DNA of 64,000 nt from Spirochaetales bacterium (GCA_037142615.1 JBAXAI010000002.1:96001-160000), one strand, 5' to 3'; positions 27,601 through 36,329 are shown, counted from the stretch's first letter. Notes: generated by a model not told the origin, from the letters alone. Program-made: numbers and translations.

Positions 27601-29431
27601 GCGTTCGGGCGGGGGGCTTGTCACTTGGTCACGCGACGGTACCCTGAGGCTTTGGAGCGGCGAAGGGAGTCAGGGTTTGGTGCTGGACGCGCACGATGAC
27701 GAGGTGCTGTCTGTGTCGGAACTGTCGTCCGGGGGCTTGCTATCGGTCCATCGGGGGCACGGGGCTCACTTGTGGACCAGCGAAGGTCGGCACCTAGCGC
27801 TGCTCAAAGGTCACGAAAGTACCCCCACGGGTGCAACGGAACTGGCAAGTGGCAGGCTCCTGACCTGGGGGTGGGACGCGACCCTTCGCTTGTGGAGCTC
27901 CGAGGGGCTTCCATTGGCCGTGCTACGTGGCCACAGCGGCAAAGTCAATGGCGCGCTGGAACAGCCTGAGGGCACCTTGCTCTCGTGGTCGGTGGACGGT
28001 AGTTTGCGGGTCTGGACTCCCGAGGGCGAGCCCCTCGCTGAGTTGGTGGGGCACTCCGGGGCGGTGACCGGTAGCCTGTTGACCCAAGCGGGCCCGCTCA
28101 GTTGGTCCAAAGACGGCACCTTGCGAAGTTGGCGAAGACACGTTGTCCCCGAGGAGTTCCTCGCCAGGCACGCAGGTCCTTTCGCCCAACTTGAGCGTAC
28201 TGTGGCCAGAGGGTGGCTTTCGCGTTCCGGGGATGAGCCGAGTTTGAGGTTATGGGCCCCGGACGGCCGTTTCCAGGTGTTACTTTCAGGCCACACCCGG
28301 CGGGTTCTGGGGTTCCGTCAGCTAAGCAACGGAAACGTCCTCAGTTGGTCCGCTGACTCGAACTTGCGACTTTGGTCCTCCGAAGGCGAAGAGCTCGCCG
28401 TGCTCGCCGGCCATGGCAGTTGGGTCCAGGAAGCCCAAGAACTCGATGCGGGGCGCATCCTTTCGCGAGGCGACGACGGCAAGCTCATTTTCTGGTCGCC
28501 CGAGGGGGAAAAGCTGCGTTCGATCGAGGCGCATTCCAGATCGGTCGATGGCTTCCAAGTCTTCCCAACTACCTTGCTTTCGTGGGGGCACGAGGGGGAT
28601 CTGGCCCTTTGGACCCCCACTGGCGAACTTGTGGCGCGTCTTCGGGGTCACACCAGTTGGGTGATCGGGACCACACGACTCGAAGGGGAGCGGATCCTTT
28701 CCTGGTCCGCCGATGGGACGCTCCGCCTTTGGTCTGCCCGGGGCGAGGCCCTTGCGGTGCTGCAGGGTCACGAAAGTTGGGTGACCGGAGCCGTGCTGTC
28801 GCCGGACGGCGAGATCCTGTCGTGGTCGCAAGACAAGACTGCCCGCGTGTGGAACTCGCAGGGAGCTGCCCTTGTTGTTCTTGAGGGACACACGGCTTCG
28901 CTCAGCGGTGCTTTTTGGCGCAAGGACGGGTCGATTGCCACGTGGAGCAACGACAAGACCGTCCGGCTCTGGAACCGCCAAGGTGACTGCACGGCAAGGC
29001 TCAAGCACGGGCAATCCATTCGAGGTGTGATCGAACGAAACGATGGATCCTTGCTCTCGTATTCTGCGGGAATCTGCCGCTACTGGAAGCCCGACGGGAC
29101 TGCGGTTGCATCCGGACCGTTCAGTGAGGCCAAGCGGTACTTCCGTGAGCTACTGCCTACGAGTGTCCGCAACGGTTTCTTCGCCCTCAGCGGAGAAGGC
29201 AAGTCTGTCGTGTTGCTGGACCGCAAAGACCGGGTCGCAACCCGCTGGCATGGCGAGGCCGAGTGCGCGACCGAAGCGTTCCTGGCGTTGGACTACGGCA
29301 AAACTGCCCGGCTGGACCTAGGTCAGCTCTCAGACAACGCAGAGGCCGTGTTCACCCAAGAGGATGGTCAACTGATCACGCTGGACCTCTACCGAGGGGC
29401 CAACCCCGTTCGTCTTGAAGCGCTGGACTGA
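24611..29431 (+). CDS. DUF4062-STAND (NACHT-like) NTPase with ~17 WD40 repeats
   Basis: RVFLSSTFGDFQEER..DLRWGI..LLIGDRYGW (DUF4062). Walker A ANGGAGKS and Walker B LVIDALD. Repeated GH...V.G....G.LLSWS.DGTLRLW units. AGGAG RBS. Confidence 0.9.
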   Translation: MARKLFRVFLSSTFGDFQEERELLRREVWPRLEQLCAERGAAFHVVDLRWGIGPQVAAAQETLQVCLDEIARCQNLSPRPKPNFLLLIGDRYGWRPPAPLIPSEDWHRIQAWASSEDQQQLARWYREDTNAQPSLWCLRARTGEFLRLERWATEEQGLTSVLHRAAAELGLSPDRFLYSATHQEVFRGLLTVQPVPEYIEAVLRGISGLPATAPEGQNRRFSDYLAGGGLDPESQELLGQLRGQIREVLPAAQVHEFQAEWAGAVKQPITLGHLQPLATVVEARLEARVRKELESLEELTPFQEDRLLQQEFARETGGHLVGREAELAQLREYLEGAPHGQPLIVRANGGAGKSALLASLALESGAVSRFVGASPRSWHPSTFLEDLLEELSVLPGSPASPPAGASLEVLGARVASLLALATPEFPVKLVIDALDQFSSTVAVDFSVLFPSPLPPHVRLVVSVLEGAAADRLSKYYPQADTLQLGPLNLAARRSMLKGFLGSRRLTEAQIAKLLGVTDEQGSPLWLALAAPLAKRLASWDPPLELPQQILPLVRHVIRDLAHRHGEVLVRSSLSYLVLARFGLSETELQALLWADPDVQLEFQANRNQDQPDVDSLPPIFWSRLYGELDPWINEYWMDGQLLHRYFHRVFGEVADELAWANREVLHGRLADWFGRQPLAYEGTPNGRRLMEQPWHLARAGRQEEARRLATDFSFAMAKCELGRSDDWVEDFQRCDGAEASPEFQLWQSFARSKAHLLRRGTKDWPSHKTLLQLASESADDSPVTAAAEAWLLLGQADWLWFRRRQRVAHAGISNLLEVLEGHSAEVGGALAGPGSLLTWSKDGTLGLWSGSVRKALRGHSKAVNGALWLADGRILSWSDDHELRLWTSDGDPCGVLQGHSRSVTGAFQQPGGSIVSWSADNTLRRWSPSGELLDLLDGHKPSVEGTRAVASPDGRFVSWCQYYRGWEGDNSPRLWSAEGQLLAVLEGHSDMVEGALWRSGGGLVTWSRDGTLRLWSGEGSQGLVLDAHDDEVLSVSELSSGGLLSVHRGHGAHLWTSEGRHLALLKGHESTPTGATELASGRLLTWGWDATLRLWSSEGLPLAVLRGHSGKVNGALEQPEGTLLSWSVDGSLRVWTPEGEPLAELVGHSGAVTGSLLTQAGPLSWSKDGTLRSWRRHVVPEEFLARHAGPFAQLERTVARGWLSRSGDEPSLRLWAPDGRFQVLLSGHTRRVLGFRQLSNGNVLSWSADSNLRLWSSEGEELAVLAGHGSWVQEAQELDAGRILSRGDDGKLIFWSPEGEKLRSIEAHSRSVDGFQVFPTTLLSWGHEGDLALWTPTGELVARLRGHTSWVIGTTRLEGERILSWSADGTLRLWSARGEALAVLQGHESWVTGAVLSPDGEILSWSQDKTARVWNSQGAALVVLEGHTASLSGAFWRKDGSIATWSNDKTVRLWNRQGDCTARLKHGQSIRGVIERNDGSLLSYSAGICRYWKPDGTAVASGPFSEAKRYFRELLPTSVRNGFFALSGEGKSVVLLDRKDRVATRWHGEAECATEAFLALDYGKTARLDLGQLSDNAEAVFTQEDGQLITLDLYRGANPVRLEALD
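27056..29092 (+). repeat. WD40 repeat array (~17 units of ~40 aa)
   Basis: Counted by eye from LEVLEGHSAEV to RLKHGQSIRGV..RYWKP. Units are divergent at the DNA level. Confidence 0.85.
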
Positions 29432-29438
29432 AACCATC

Positions 29439-29468
29439 TTGCCACGGCAGCCCCTTTCAGGGTAGTTT
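29439..29468 (+). promoter_or_regulatory. Putative sigma70 promoter of tRNA-Ala
   Basis: TTGCCA (29439-44), 18 nt, TAGTTT (29463-68), 9 nt upstream of the tRNA. Confidence 0.5.
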
Positions 29469-29477
29469 GCTCGGGTC

Positions 29478-29550
29478 GGGGATTTAGCTCAGTTGGTAGA
29501 GCGATTGGTTCGCAATCAATAGGTCAGGGGTTCGATTCCCCTAATCTCCA
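29478..29550 (+). tRNA. tRNA-Ala (anticodon CGC), CCA not encoded
   Basis: Acceptor stem GGGGATT/AATCTCC with the G3:U70 Ala identity pair. D-arm GCTCAGTTGGTAGAGC, anticodon loop TTCGCAA, T-loop TTCGATT. Confidence 0.97.
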
Positions 29551-29552
29551 TT

Positions 29553-29586
29553 AAGGAAATGCTCCTGGCGGGTGTTTCCTTTTTTT
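29553..29586 (+). terminator. Rho-independent terminator after tRNA-Ala
   Basis: AAGGAAATGCTC-loop-GGGTGTTTCCTT hairpin followed by a T run. Lies between convergent genes. Confidence 0.7.
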
Positions 29587-29589
29587 GTG

Positions 29590-30552
29590 CTACGACAAGC
29601 TTGCCTTGTTCCACAGCTCACCAAGGAACTCCTGCCACGGAAGAATCTCGATGCCATCCTTTGTGAGCCGGGCTGTTGCTTCCCGGCAGACGACCACGTA
29701 GCGTGCCAGCAGCCCTTCTTCCTTGAGAGCCCTCAGTCCCCGCAGGTCACGGTCGTCGACCCGAACCGTTGCCTTTACTTCGAGGGCTGTGTGGTTGGCC
29801 AGGATGAAATCCACCTCGAAACCGCTGGTCGAGCGCCAGTAGTTGAGCGCGGAGCGCGGTGAGCGGTAGTCCCTCCAGGCGGCAAGTTCCATGTACACGA
29901 AGTGCTCAAAGAACGGCCCGAAGTCCGCCGACCCCCCGGTCACTACCGGGAAGCCACGCAAGGCACGGACCACTCCGAGGTCGAAGAGGTAGAACTTGGC
30001 GCGTTCGATGGCATTGCGTTTCACGGTCTTGGTCCACGCCTGAACCTGCTCGCCAAGGAGCGTCTCCTCGAGAATGTTGAACCACGACAGAACGGTCTGA
30101 CGAGCCAAGCCGGCGTCGGAAGCGACGGCGGCGAAGACAACCTCTTGCGCATTGCAGACCGTGGCCGCCGTCAGGAACCTCGAGAAGTCCGGTATGTTCC
30201 TTGCCAACCCTTCGGCGGCGATCTCCTCTGTCAGGTAGCGTCCAACGTAGGAGTCCAGCGCATCCTCGGGGTCTTCGGCTAGGTAGTGCGACGGAATCAG
30301 ACCCCTCCGGAAAGCCCGCAACAGGTCAAACTCTGGGCCGAGTTCGTGCCAGGTCAGGGGGCGCATCACCCGGTCCCGACCGCGACCGCCGAGCGGGCCT
30401 TGATCGAGAAGGTTGTAGGTTCGGTCGACGATTTCACCGAGTTGCTGGTGAACGTAGGAGGACTTTCCGGTCTGTCGGGGACCGAAGAGAAAGACCGTGT
30501 TCTTCTCCAAGAGGGGGGCGAGGTCGAGGGCGCGGGAGACATAGCCGTCCAT
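29590..30552 (-). pseudogene. AAA_14 + DUF4143 ATPase with an apparent in-frame internal deletion removing Walker B
   Basis: Walker A GPRQTGKS and C-terminal KFYLFDLG..YWRSTSGFEVDF..LEVK are present. NLLD runs directly into QGPLGGR, so the DE(I/V)Q and TGSS segments are missing. Confidence 0.55.
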
Positions 30553-30622
30553 GAGGAATGCCTCCTGTTATGGCATCTATCATGACAAACGCCATCTTAC
30601 CTAGCGGCTATCGCCAAAATCT

Positions 30623-31345
30623 CTACAAAAACTTAGTCGCCATCAGCGCCTTGCCGGTGGCCAACCACAGGCCCGAGTCGGCCAGCAGCAGGGCCCCCAT
30701 CCCCGAAAGCATCACAATCGTGATCAACACATTCAGGCGCTGGGTGTGCAGGTGCAATTGCGGCAGCACCGACTCCCTGAGCACCACAAACAGCCCGAAG
30801 GGCACCAAGAGCGGCACCGCGTACATCAGGTTGTAGAGCGCGACAAACGCGGCCCCGAGCGGCCAGGCCAGCCCCGCTGCGGCGATCTTTTCGATGGCGG
30901 CCACGTAGGGCAGGGCGGCAGGAAAACTCGTGGCCGAAAGGACGGCCCCGAACGCCAACGCCCCGCCAAAGTTCAACCGCTTGGCCAAAAGGATCAGGGC
31001 ATTGTTCAGCGGGGGCCGCTTCGAACGGCTGCGGTACAGCCAGTAAATCGGCCCCGCCACCAGGAGGACCAGGCCGAGCAGTCCCTGAGTCTGGTAGTAG
31101 GTGGTGTCGGTCAGCCGGTCGAGGTTGGGCACAAACAACCTGACCAGGTCGTTCAGGTTGCCCACAAAAGCCAGTCCCAGAAGTCCGCACACGAAGTACG
31201 CCCCGCACACGCCCAACAGGTAGCCCACCGACGTCCGGATGGGCTTTTCGGTGCTGAACAGCAGGATGAGGAAGATGATCTGAACGGTGGTGGCCACGCT
31301 GTCGAACAGCGCCGAGCCCGAAACAAACAGGGTCAGGTCAAGCAT
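30623..31345 (-). CDS. GAP/Sap family (DUF2910-like) membrane protein
   Basis: About six TMs. ALFDS, SFPAALPYVAAI and LALYNLMYAVPL-type motifs. Confidence 0.65.
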   Translation of the reverse strand: MLDLTLFVSGSALFDSVATTVQIIFLILLFSTEKPIRTSVGYLLGVCGAYFVCGLLGLAFVGNLNDLVRLFVPNLDRLTDTTYYQTQGLLGLVLLVAGPIYWLYRSRSKRPPLNNALILLAKRLNFGGALAFGAVLSATSFPAALPYVAAIEKIAAAGLAWPLGAAFVALYNLMYAVPLLVPFGLFVVLRESVLPQLHLHTQRLNVLITIVMLSGMGALLLADSGLWLATGKALMATKFL

Positions 31346-31350
31346 GCCGC

Positions 31351-31379
31351 ATTGTAGCGGATTTCGACCTCAAGGCCAA
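31351..31379 (-). promoter_or_regulatory. Putative leaderless promoter
   Basis: TTGGCC, 17 nt, TACAAT, 5 nt, ATG (31345). No SD. Confidence 0.55.
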
Positions 31380-32128
31380 ACGAAGCGCAGACCCACCAGC
31401 GCCAGCAAGCCCCCCAACAACCTCAAGATGGCCTGAGAACTCCACACGGCACCCAGCCGGGTCCCCCAGGGTGACCCAAAGAGCACGCCGGCAATCAGCC
31501 CCGACACGAGCTGCGGATCCACAGGCAGCGGGTGCGCAAGCGCGTTGGTCGCCAGCGCCCACGCGGCGCCCATCCCGACGATCAGCTGACTGGTCGCGGT
31601 GGCCTCGGCCAGCGGAAAGCGCAGCACAAAGGCCAGCAGCGGCACGAACAAGAAGCCTCCGCCAACGCCAAAAAACCCCGACAGCAGTCCGATGCCCAGG
31701 CTGATGGCCGCACCGCCGAGCCACACCGGTTGGCTGGCCTTGCCCGCCGGCGCCGTTCCCGGGCGAAGCGCCAGAAAGACCGCCCCAGCCAACAGAAACA
31801 TACCGAACGCGCTCAGGAAGGCCTCCCTCGGCACGAGCCCCTGCCACTGCGTGCCTACCCACACCAGCGGCAACGACACCAGCCCGTAGACCACTCCGGT
31901 CCGGAAGCGGACCCTCTCCTGCCTGGCCGACAAAATGGTGCCCGAAAGGGCGTTGAAGAACACGACCAGCAAAGTGACCAGCGACAGGCTGCCCGCAGGC
32001 TCGCCCGGGAGCAAGAACAGCAACACCGGCATCAATAGGAAGCCGCCGCCGATTCCCGTCAGGCTGCCGAGGAAACCCAGACCGAAGCCCAGCGGGAGCC
32101 CCAGCAGCAACAGTCCAAATCCGCTCAC
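31370..32128 (-). CDS. TauE/SafE (TSUP) family transporter
   Basis: Duplicated GxGGG motifs ([24 protein letters not shown]), ATATS motif and ~8 TMs. Confidence 0.88.
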   Translation of the reverse strand: MSGFGLLLLGLPLGFGLGFLGSLTGIGGGFLLMPVLLFLLPGEPAGSLSLVTLLVVFFNALSGTILSARQERVRFRTGVVYGLVSLPLVWVGTQWQGLVPREAFLSAFGMFLLAGAVFLALRPGTAPAGKASQPVWLGGAAISLGIGLLSGFFGVGGGFLFVPLLAFVLRFPLAEATATSQLIVGMGAAWALATNALAHPLPVDPQLVSGLIAGVLFGSPWGTRLGAVWSSQAILRLLGGLLALVGLRFVWP

Positions 32129-32192
32129 GACTCCCCACTTTCCGGTTGAAGTTCAGGTGGATTCACTGGTACATTGCCCCACCGGAGGCAAC

Positions 32193-32777
32193 ATGACCGC
32201 AAACGATACGACCGCCAACCCCGCGCCCCTCGGCCTGCTGGGTTTTGGCATGACCACCATCCTGCTCAACATTCATAACGCAGGGTTCACGCCCTTGACC
32301 AGTGCCATTATGGGCATGGGGATTTTCGTCGGAGGGCTGGCGCAGGTCATCGCCGGGGTGATGGAGTTCAAAAAGAACAACACCTTCGGCGCCACGGCGT
32401 TCACCGCCTACGGCTTTTTCTGGCTGTCGCTGGTCGCAATCTGGACGCTCCCCAAGATGGGGCTCGCCACCGCCAGCGACGAAGTGACCATGGGGTGCTA
32501 TCTGGCCATCTGGGGGCTGTTCACGCTGGGCATGTGGTTCGGCACCTGGAAGCTCAACCGCATGCTGCAAGTGGTGTTTGGCACCCTGGTCGCGTTGTTC
32601 TTTCTGCTCGCGGCGCGCGACTTCTTGAACGCCAGCGGCCCGGAAGCCGGCAAGACCGTCGGCCTCGTCGCCGGGTGGGTGGGACTGGCCTGCGGGTTCT
32701 CGGCAGTCTACGGCTCGCTGGCGCAAGTGCTCAACGAAGTCTACGGCCGCACGGTGTTGCCGTTGGGCCCCCGCTAA
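32193..32777 (+). CDS. satP: Acetate/succinate uptake transporter, GPR1/FUN34/YaaH family
   Basis: Signature [15 protein letters not shown] and [24 protein letters not shown]. Confidence 0.92.
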   Translation: MTANDTTANPAPLGLLGFGMTTILLNIHNAGFTPLTSAIMGMGIFVGGLAQVIAGVMEFKKNNTFGATAFTAYGFFWLSLVAIWTLPKMGLATASDEVTMGCYLAIWGLFTLGMWFGTWKLNRMLQVVFGTLVALFFLLAARDFLNASGPEAGKTVGLVAGWVGLACGFSAVYGSLAQVLNEVYGRTVLPLGPR

Positions 32778-32794
32778 AGGTATTCTAGGGCGTC

Positions 32795-35023
32795 ATGGAC
32801 GCCCATACCGAAAAACAAAAACTCGCCTCGGGCCGCAACATGTCGGTCGCCGAAGGGTTCATCCAAACCATCGGCATCAACATGGGCGGCGTCTACCTGC
32901 CCAACTTCATCCTGACCGCGTTTCTGCTCGAAGTGATGCACGCCTCGCACGCTCTCATCGGGCTGGCGACCAGCGTGCAGTTTTTCGTCGGCCTGCTGCA
33001 GCCGCTGGCCAACATCTTTGTGCACAAGGTGCGCTCGCGAAGGCTCGTCGCCGCCATCGCTGGCACGGTCAGCCGCCTCTTGTTCGTCAGCGCCATCTTC
33101 TACGGCATGGCCAACTCAGGCCCGGGTGCCGAGACCGTGTTCATGGTCATTCTGGTGCTGGGGGCCCTCCTCATGGCGGCTGCCAGTTCCACCTGGAGCA
33201 CCTGGATCGCCGACCTGGTGCCCGAGAGCATCCGCGGCCGGTACTTCGCCTTGCGCAACTCGATCGCCTCGGTGGCCGGCATCATCGCCGTGCTCGTGGG
33301 CGGCTGGTTGCTCAAGACCTTCCCCGGCACCGAGGGCTACGTCGTGGTGTACAGCATCGCCATTGTCACGGCCGTCATCGGCGGAATCCTCGTCCTTTTG
33401 CAGTATGAACCCGCGCAGGCCGAGCAGCCTCAGGGCTCCATGTGGTCGAGCTACAAGGAGATCCTGAAGGACCGCAACTTCATGGCCTTCGTTCGCATGG
33501 TGCTGTTCTTCAACCTGGCGCTGGTCATTGCCGGTCCGTTCTTTACCGTGCACTTCCTCGAGGTGCTGCGTCTGCCTATTGATCAGCTGGCCTACCTGAC
33601 CGCCGGCGCGGCCGTGGCCGGTATTCTGGGCAACTTCTTCTTTGGCAAAATGAGCGATATTCTGGGCAACCGCTTCATCATCCGTTTCAGCTTGCTGATG
33701 CTCATGGTGCCCACCGCGCTGATGCTGTTCATTCCTGCCCGCAACCCGCTGCCGATGGTGGCGGCCGTCATTTTACTGCAGGCGTTTTTCGGGGCCGGTT
33801 GGGGCCTGGCGACGTTCAACACCTCGTTGTCGATCTCGCCACGGGGCAAGCGGGCGCTCTACATCGGCGTGTACAATTCGCTGAACTCGGTATCGGCCGT
33901 GGCGGCGCCTATTTTGGGCGGTTTTCTCATCGACCTGTACAAGAACAACCACATTCCCGTGCTGGGGTTTGTGTTCCCGCCGACGTACGTGGTGTTCGCC
34001 ATCAGCTTTGTGCTGTTGCTGGTGGGCCTGATCACCTTCCCGTTCTATTCCGAGGGCAGCCGCCACGAGGACTACTCGCTGCGCGACGTGGTCTTCCGCA
34101 TGAACTTTCCCGAAATCCTGTACCGGCTGTTCGTGAGCACGTTTATGCCGCGCATCAGCTCACGCCACCGCCTCACCGAAGACATCGCCGACCTTCGTAG
34201 CCCCGCCGCTGTCAAACCGCTCGAGCGCCTCTTGGACGACATGGACCCCGAGGTGCGCATGAGCGCGCTCGAAGGCCTGGGCAAAACCGGGTCCGACGAC
34301 GCGGTCGAGGCCTTGCTCCACTACCACCCCCGGGCCGGCGTGCTCGAAAAGGTGGAACTGCTCAAGGCCTTCAAGGCCTTTTCGGCCGACCCCCGCGTCA
34401 AGGCCATCTTGCTCGAAGAAACCCGCTCACCGCTGTTGACCCGCCGCTTGCGCGCGCTGCGGTCGCTTGGTCCTGCGGCGTCCGAGCCTGAGGTCGCCTC
34501 GCTGGCTTTGGCCCAGCTGCAAGGGATTGGTGCGGGCAACCTCGAACTTGACGAGGAAGAGTACCTGGCCTGGGTCGAACTGTGCGTGTTGGCCAAGGAA
34601 TGGGACGTGCTGGGGCACACGTTGCCTCGGTATCCGCTGCTGAGTTTCCCGGCTGGCCGGCGGGGTCTGTTGTTCCACTGGAGCACGCTGTTCGACTTCC
34701 GCGACGACTTTTACCGCTACCTCAGCTACGAAACCCCCGACGACCGCGAAGCCATCCGCGACGAGTTGCGCGCCTCGAGCATGGAAGCCCTGGCCCGCAG
34801 CAAGACCGTCAGCGAGATCCGCCACAGCCTCAAAACGCAGGCCAAAGTGCAGGGAACCCACGCGCTGGAGTACTTCCGCACGATGGAAAAGGCCCTGTTC
34901 CACGCCCTCAAACCCTGGAACGCCAGTGTGCAGGCGCTCGTGAAGGCCCTGCTCCACCAGCCGGCCCTCACCGAGGAAGAGGAAGTGTTCCTGCTGATGA
35001 CCATCAAGAAATTGCTGGAGTAG
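32795..35023 (+). CDS. MFS transporter fused to a C-terminal HEAT-repeat region
   Basis: About 12 TMs with WIADLVPESIRGRYFA and FGKMSDILGNR. Followed by a soluble ~300 aa including LERLLDDMDPEVRMSALEGLGK. Confidence 0.8.
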   Translation: MDAHTEKQKLASGRNMSVAEGFIQTIGINMGGVYLPNFILTAFLLEVMHASHALIGLATSVQFFVGLLQPLANIFVHKVRSRRLVAAIAGTVSRLLFVSAIFYGMANSGPGAETVFMVILVLGALLMAAASSTWSTWIADLVPESIRGRYFALRNSIASVAGIIAVLVGGWLLKTFPGTEGYVVVYSIAIVTAVIGGILVLLQYEPAQAEQPQGSMWSSYKEILKDRNFMAFVRMVLFFNLALVIAGPFFTVHFLEVLRLPIDQLAYLTAGAAVAGILGNFFFGKMSDILGNRFIIRFSLLMLMVPTALMLFIPARNPLPMVAAVILLQAFFGAGWGLATFNTSLSISPRGKRALYIGVYNSLNSVSAVAAPILGGFLIDLYKNNHIPVLGFVFPPTYVVFAISFVLLLVGLITFPFYSEGSRHEDYSLRDVVFRMNFPEILYRLFVSTFMPRISSRHRLTEDIADLRSPAAVKPLERLLDDMDPEVRMSALEGLGKTGSDDAVEALLHYHPRAGVLEKVELLKAFKAFSADPRVKAILLEETRSPLLTRRLRALRSLGPAASEPEVASLALAQLQGIGAGNLELDEEEYLAWVELCVLAKEWDVLGHTLPRYPLLSFPAGRRGLLFHWSTLFDFRDDFYRYLSYETPDDREAIRDELRASSMEALARSKTVSEIRHSLKTQAKVQGTHALEYFRTMEKALFHALKPWNASVQALVKALLHQPALTEEEEVFLLMTIKKLLE

Positions 35024-35068
35024 TGGCGCAATCCCTGTCTACTAGGTAGTCATCACCTGTATACTTAA

Positions 35069-35103
35069 TTGACATTGACATTTCCCCAAACTCACCACAC
35101 AGT
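35069..35103 (+). promoter_or_regulatory. Putative sigma70 promoter of the SPFH operon
   Basis: Tandem TTGACATTGACA (35069-80), with CACAGT 17 nt after the second copy. Confidence 0.4.
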
Positions 35104-35138
35104 TGACGTTAGTCGCGCCGGCGACAGGGGGATTTCGC

Positions 35139-36329
35139 ATGGCCATGATCGACATGCTCAAGTGGGATACGTCGAACGATCAGTTCGCCTGGAAGCATCC
35201 CGAGCAGAATCTGAGCACCTTTACCCAGTTGATAGTTCACGAGACCCAAGAGGCTGTCCTTTTTTCCAAGGGAAAGCTTATGGGTAAGTTTGGACCGGGA
35301 AAGCACACCCTCGACACCGAGAATCTTCCGATCCTCCGAAGCCTTTTTGGTCTTCCTTTCGGCGGAAAGAACCCGTTTACCGCCGAAGTCTGGTACGTCA
35401 ACAAGGTTGCCCCGCTGAATATCCCTTGGACCACCGACGCGATGCGCTACATGGACCCCGGTTATGGCGTGATGGTACCCGTTCGTGCCGAAGGACAGTA
35501 CGGGCTGCAGATCACCGACGCCGAGAAGTTCCTGCTGAAGCTCGTCGGAACCGTGCCCAGCTTCGATTCGCGGGCCCTGACGGCCCAGTTTCGCGGAGAG
35601 TTGATCAGCAAGACCAAGAGCACCATCATGGCCAAGATGACCCAGGAGAAGATCAGTGTTCTGGAGATCTCGGGTTACCTGTCGGGCATCTCGGACTACC
35701 TGAAGCAGATCATGACGGAGTTCTGGAGTGAAGTCGGCTTCCGTCTCAACTCGTTCTATGTGACCAGCATCGATGTCGACAACTCGACTGCCGAAGGCCA
35801 AAAGATCATCGAAGCCATGACCTCGAAGTCAGCCCGGCAGATCGAGGGCTACACCTACCAGCAGGAACGCTCGTTCGACACGATGCAGGTCAGTCCGTTG
35901 GCCGGAATCGGGCTGGGCCTCGGAGTCGGTGCAGGCATGGCCGGCTCGATGGCCACGCCGGGGTCCGCACCCGGCACCGTCGGCGCTTCAGGTCTCAGCG
36001 GGGTGGGGATGGGCACTACCGCCGGCGCTTCCCAGGTCTTCTGCGCCAAGTGCGGCACCAAGACCGGCGGGGCGAAGTTCTGTCCGTCTTGCGGCAAAGG
36101 ATACAACCCCTGTCCCGGCTGCGGCGGCGACAACTTGGCCGACGCCGTCAAGTGCGTCATGTGCAGCCGACCCCTCGGAAAGGCCTGCACCAAGTGCAAG
36201 GCACCCCTGGCTCTCGATGCTAAGTTTTGCCCCAACTGCGGCAACACCCTGAAAAAGACCTGCGGCAAGTGCGGCACAGTCAGCGAAGAAGGCGTGAAGT
36301 TCTGTCCCAACTGCGGGAGCGGGCTGTGA
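35139..36329 (+). CDS. SPFH (Band_7_1/YdjI-like) domain protein with C-terminal zinc ribbons
   Basis: TQLIVHETQEAV..GPGKHTLDTENLPIL..PFTAEVWYVN. GxG-rich linker and eight CxxC pairs. Confidence 0.85.
   Translation: MAMIDMLKWDTSNDQFAWKHPEQNLSTFTQLIVHETQEAVLFSKGKLMGKFGPGKHTLDTENLPILRSLFGLPFGGKNPFTAEVWYVNKVAPLNIPWTTDAMRYMDPGYGVMVPVRAEGQYGLQITDAEKFLLKLVGTVPSFDSRALTAQFRGELISKTKSTIMAKMTQEKISVLEISGYLSGISDYLKQIMTEFWSEVGFRLNSFYVTSIDVDNSTAEGQKIIEAMTSKSARQIEGYTYQQERSFDTMQVSPLAGIGLGLGVGAGMAGSMATPGSAPGTVGASGLSGVGMGTTAGASQVFCAKCGTKTGGAKFCPSCGKGYNPCPGCGGDNLADAVKCVMCSRPLGKACTKCKAPLALDAKFCPNCGNTLKKTCGKCGTVSEEGVKFCPNCGSGL

Noticed and set aside
23525-29092. Periodic repeats as a possible CRISPR array
   Set aside because: They are in-frame coding TPR/WD40 repeats without constant repeat-unique spacer structure, and no cas genes are present.
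29478-29550. tRNA as the attachment site of an integrated element
   Set aside because: No integrase or transposase in the window and no duplicated tRNA end seen, so no mobile element was called.
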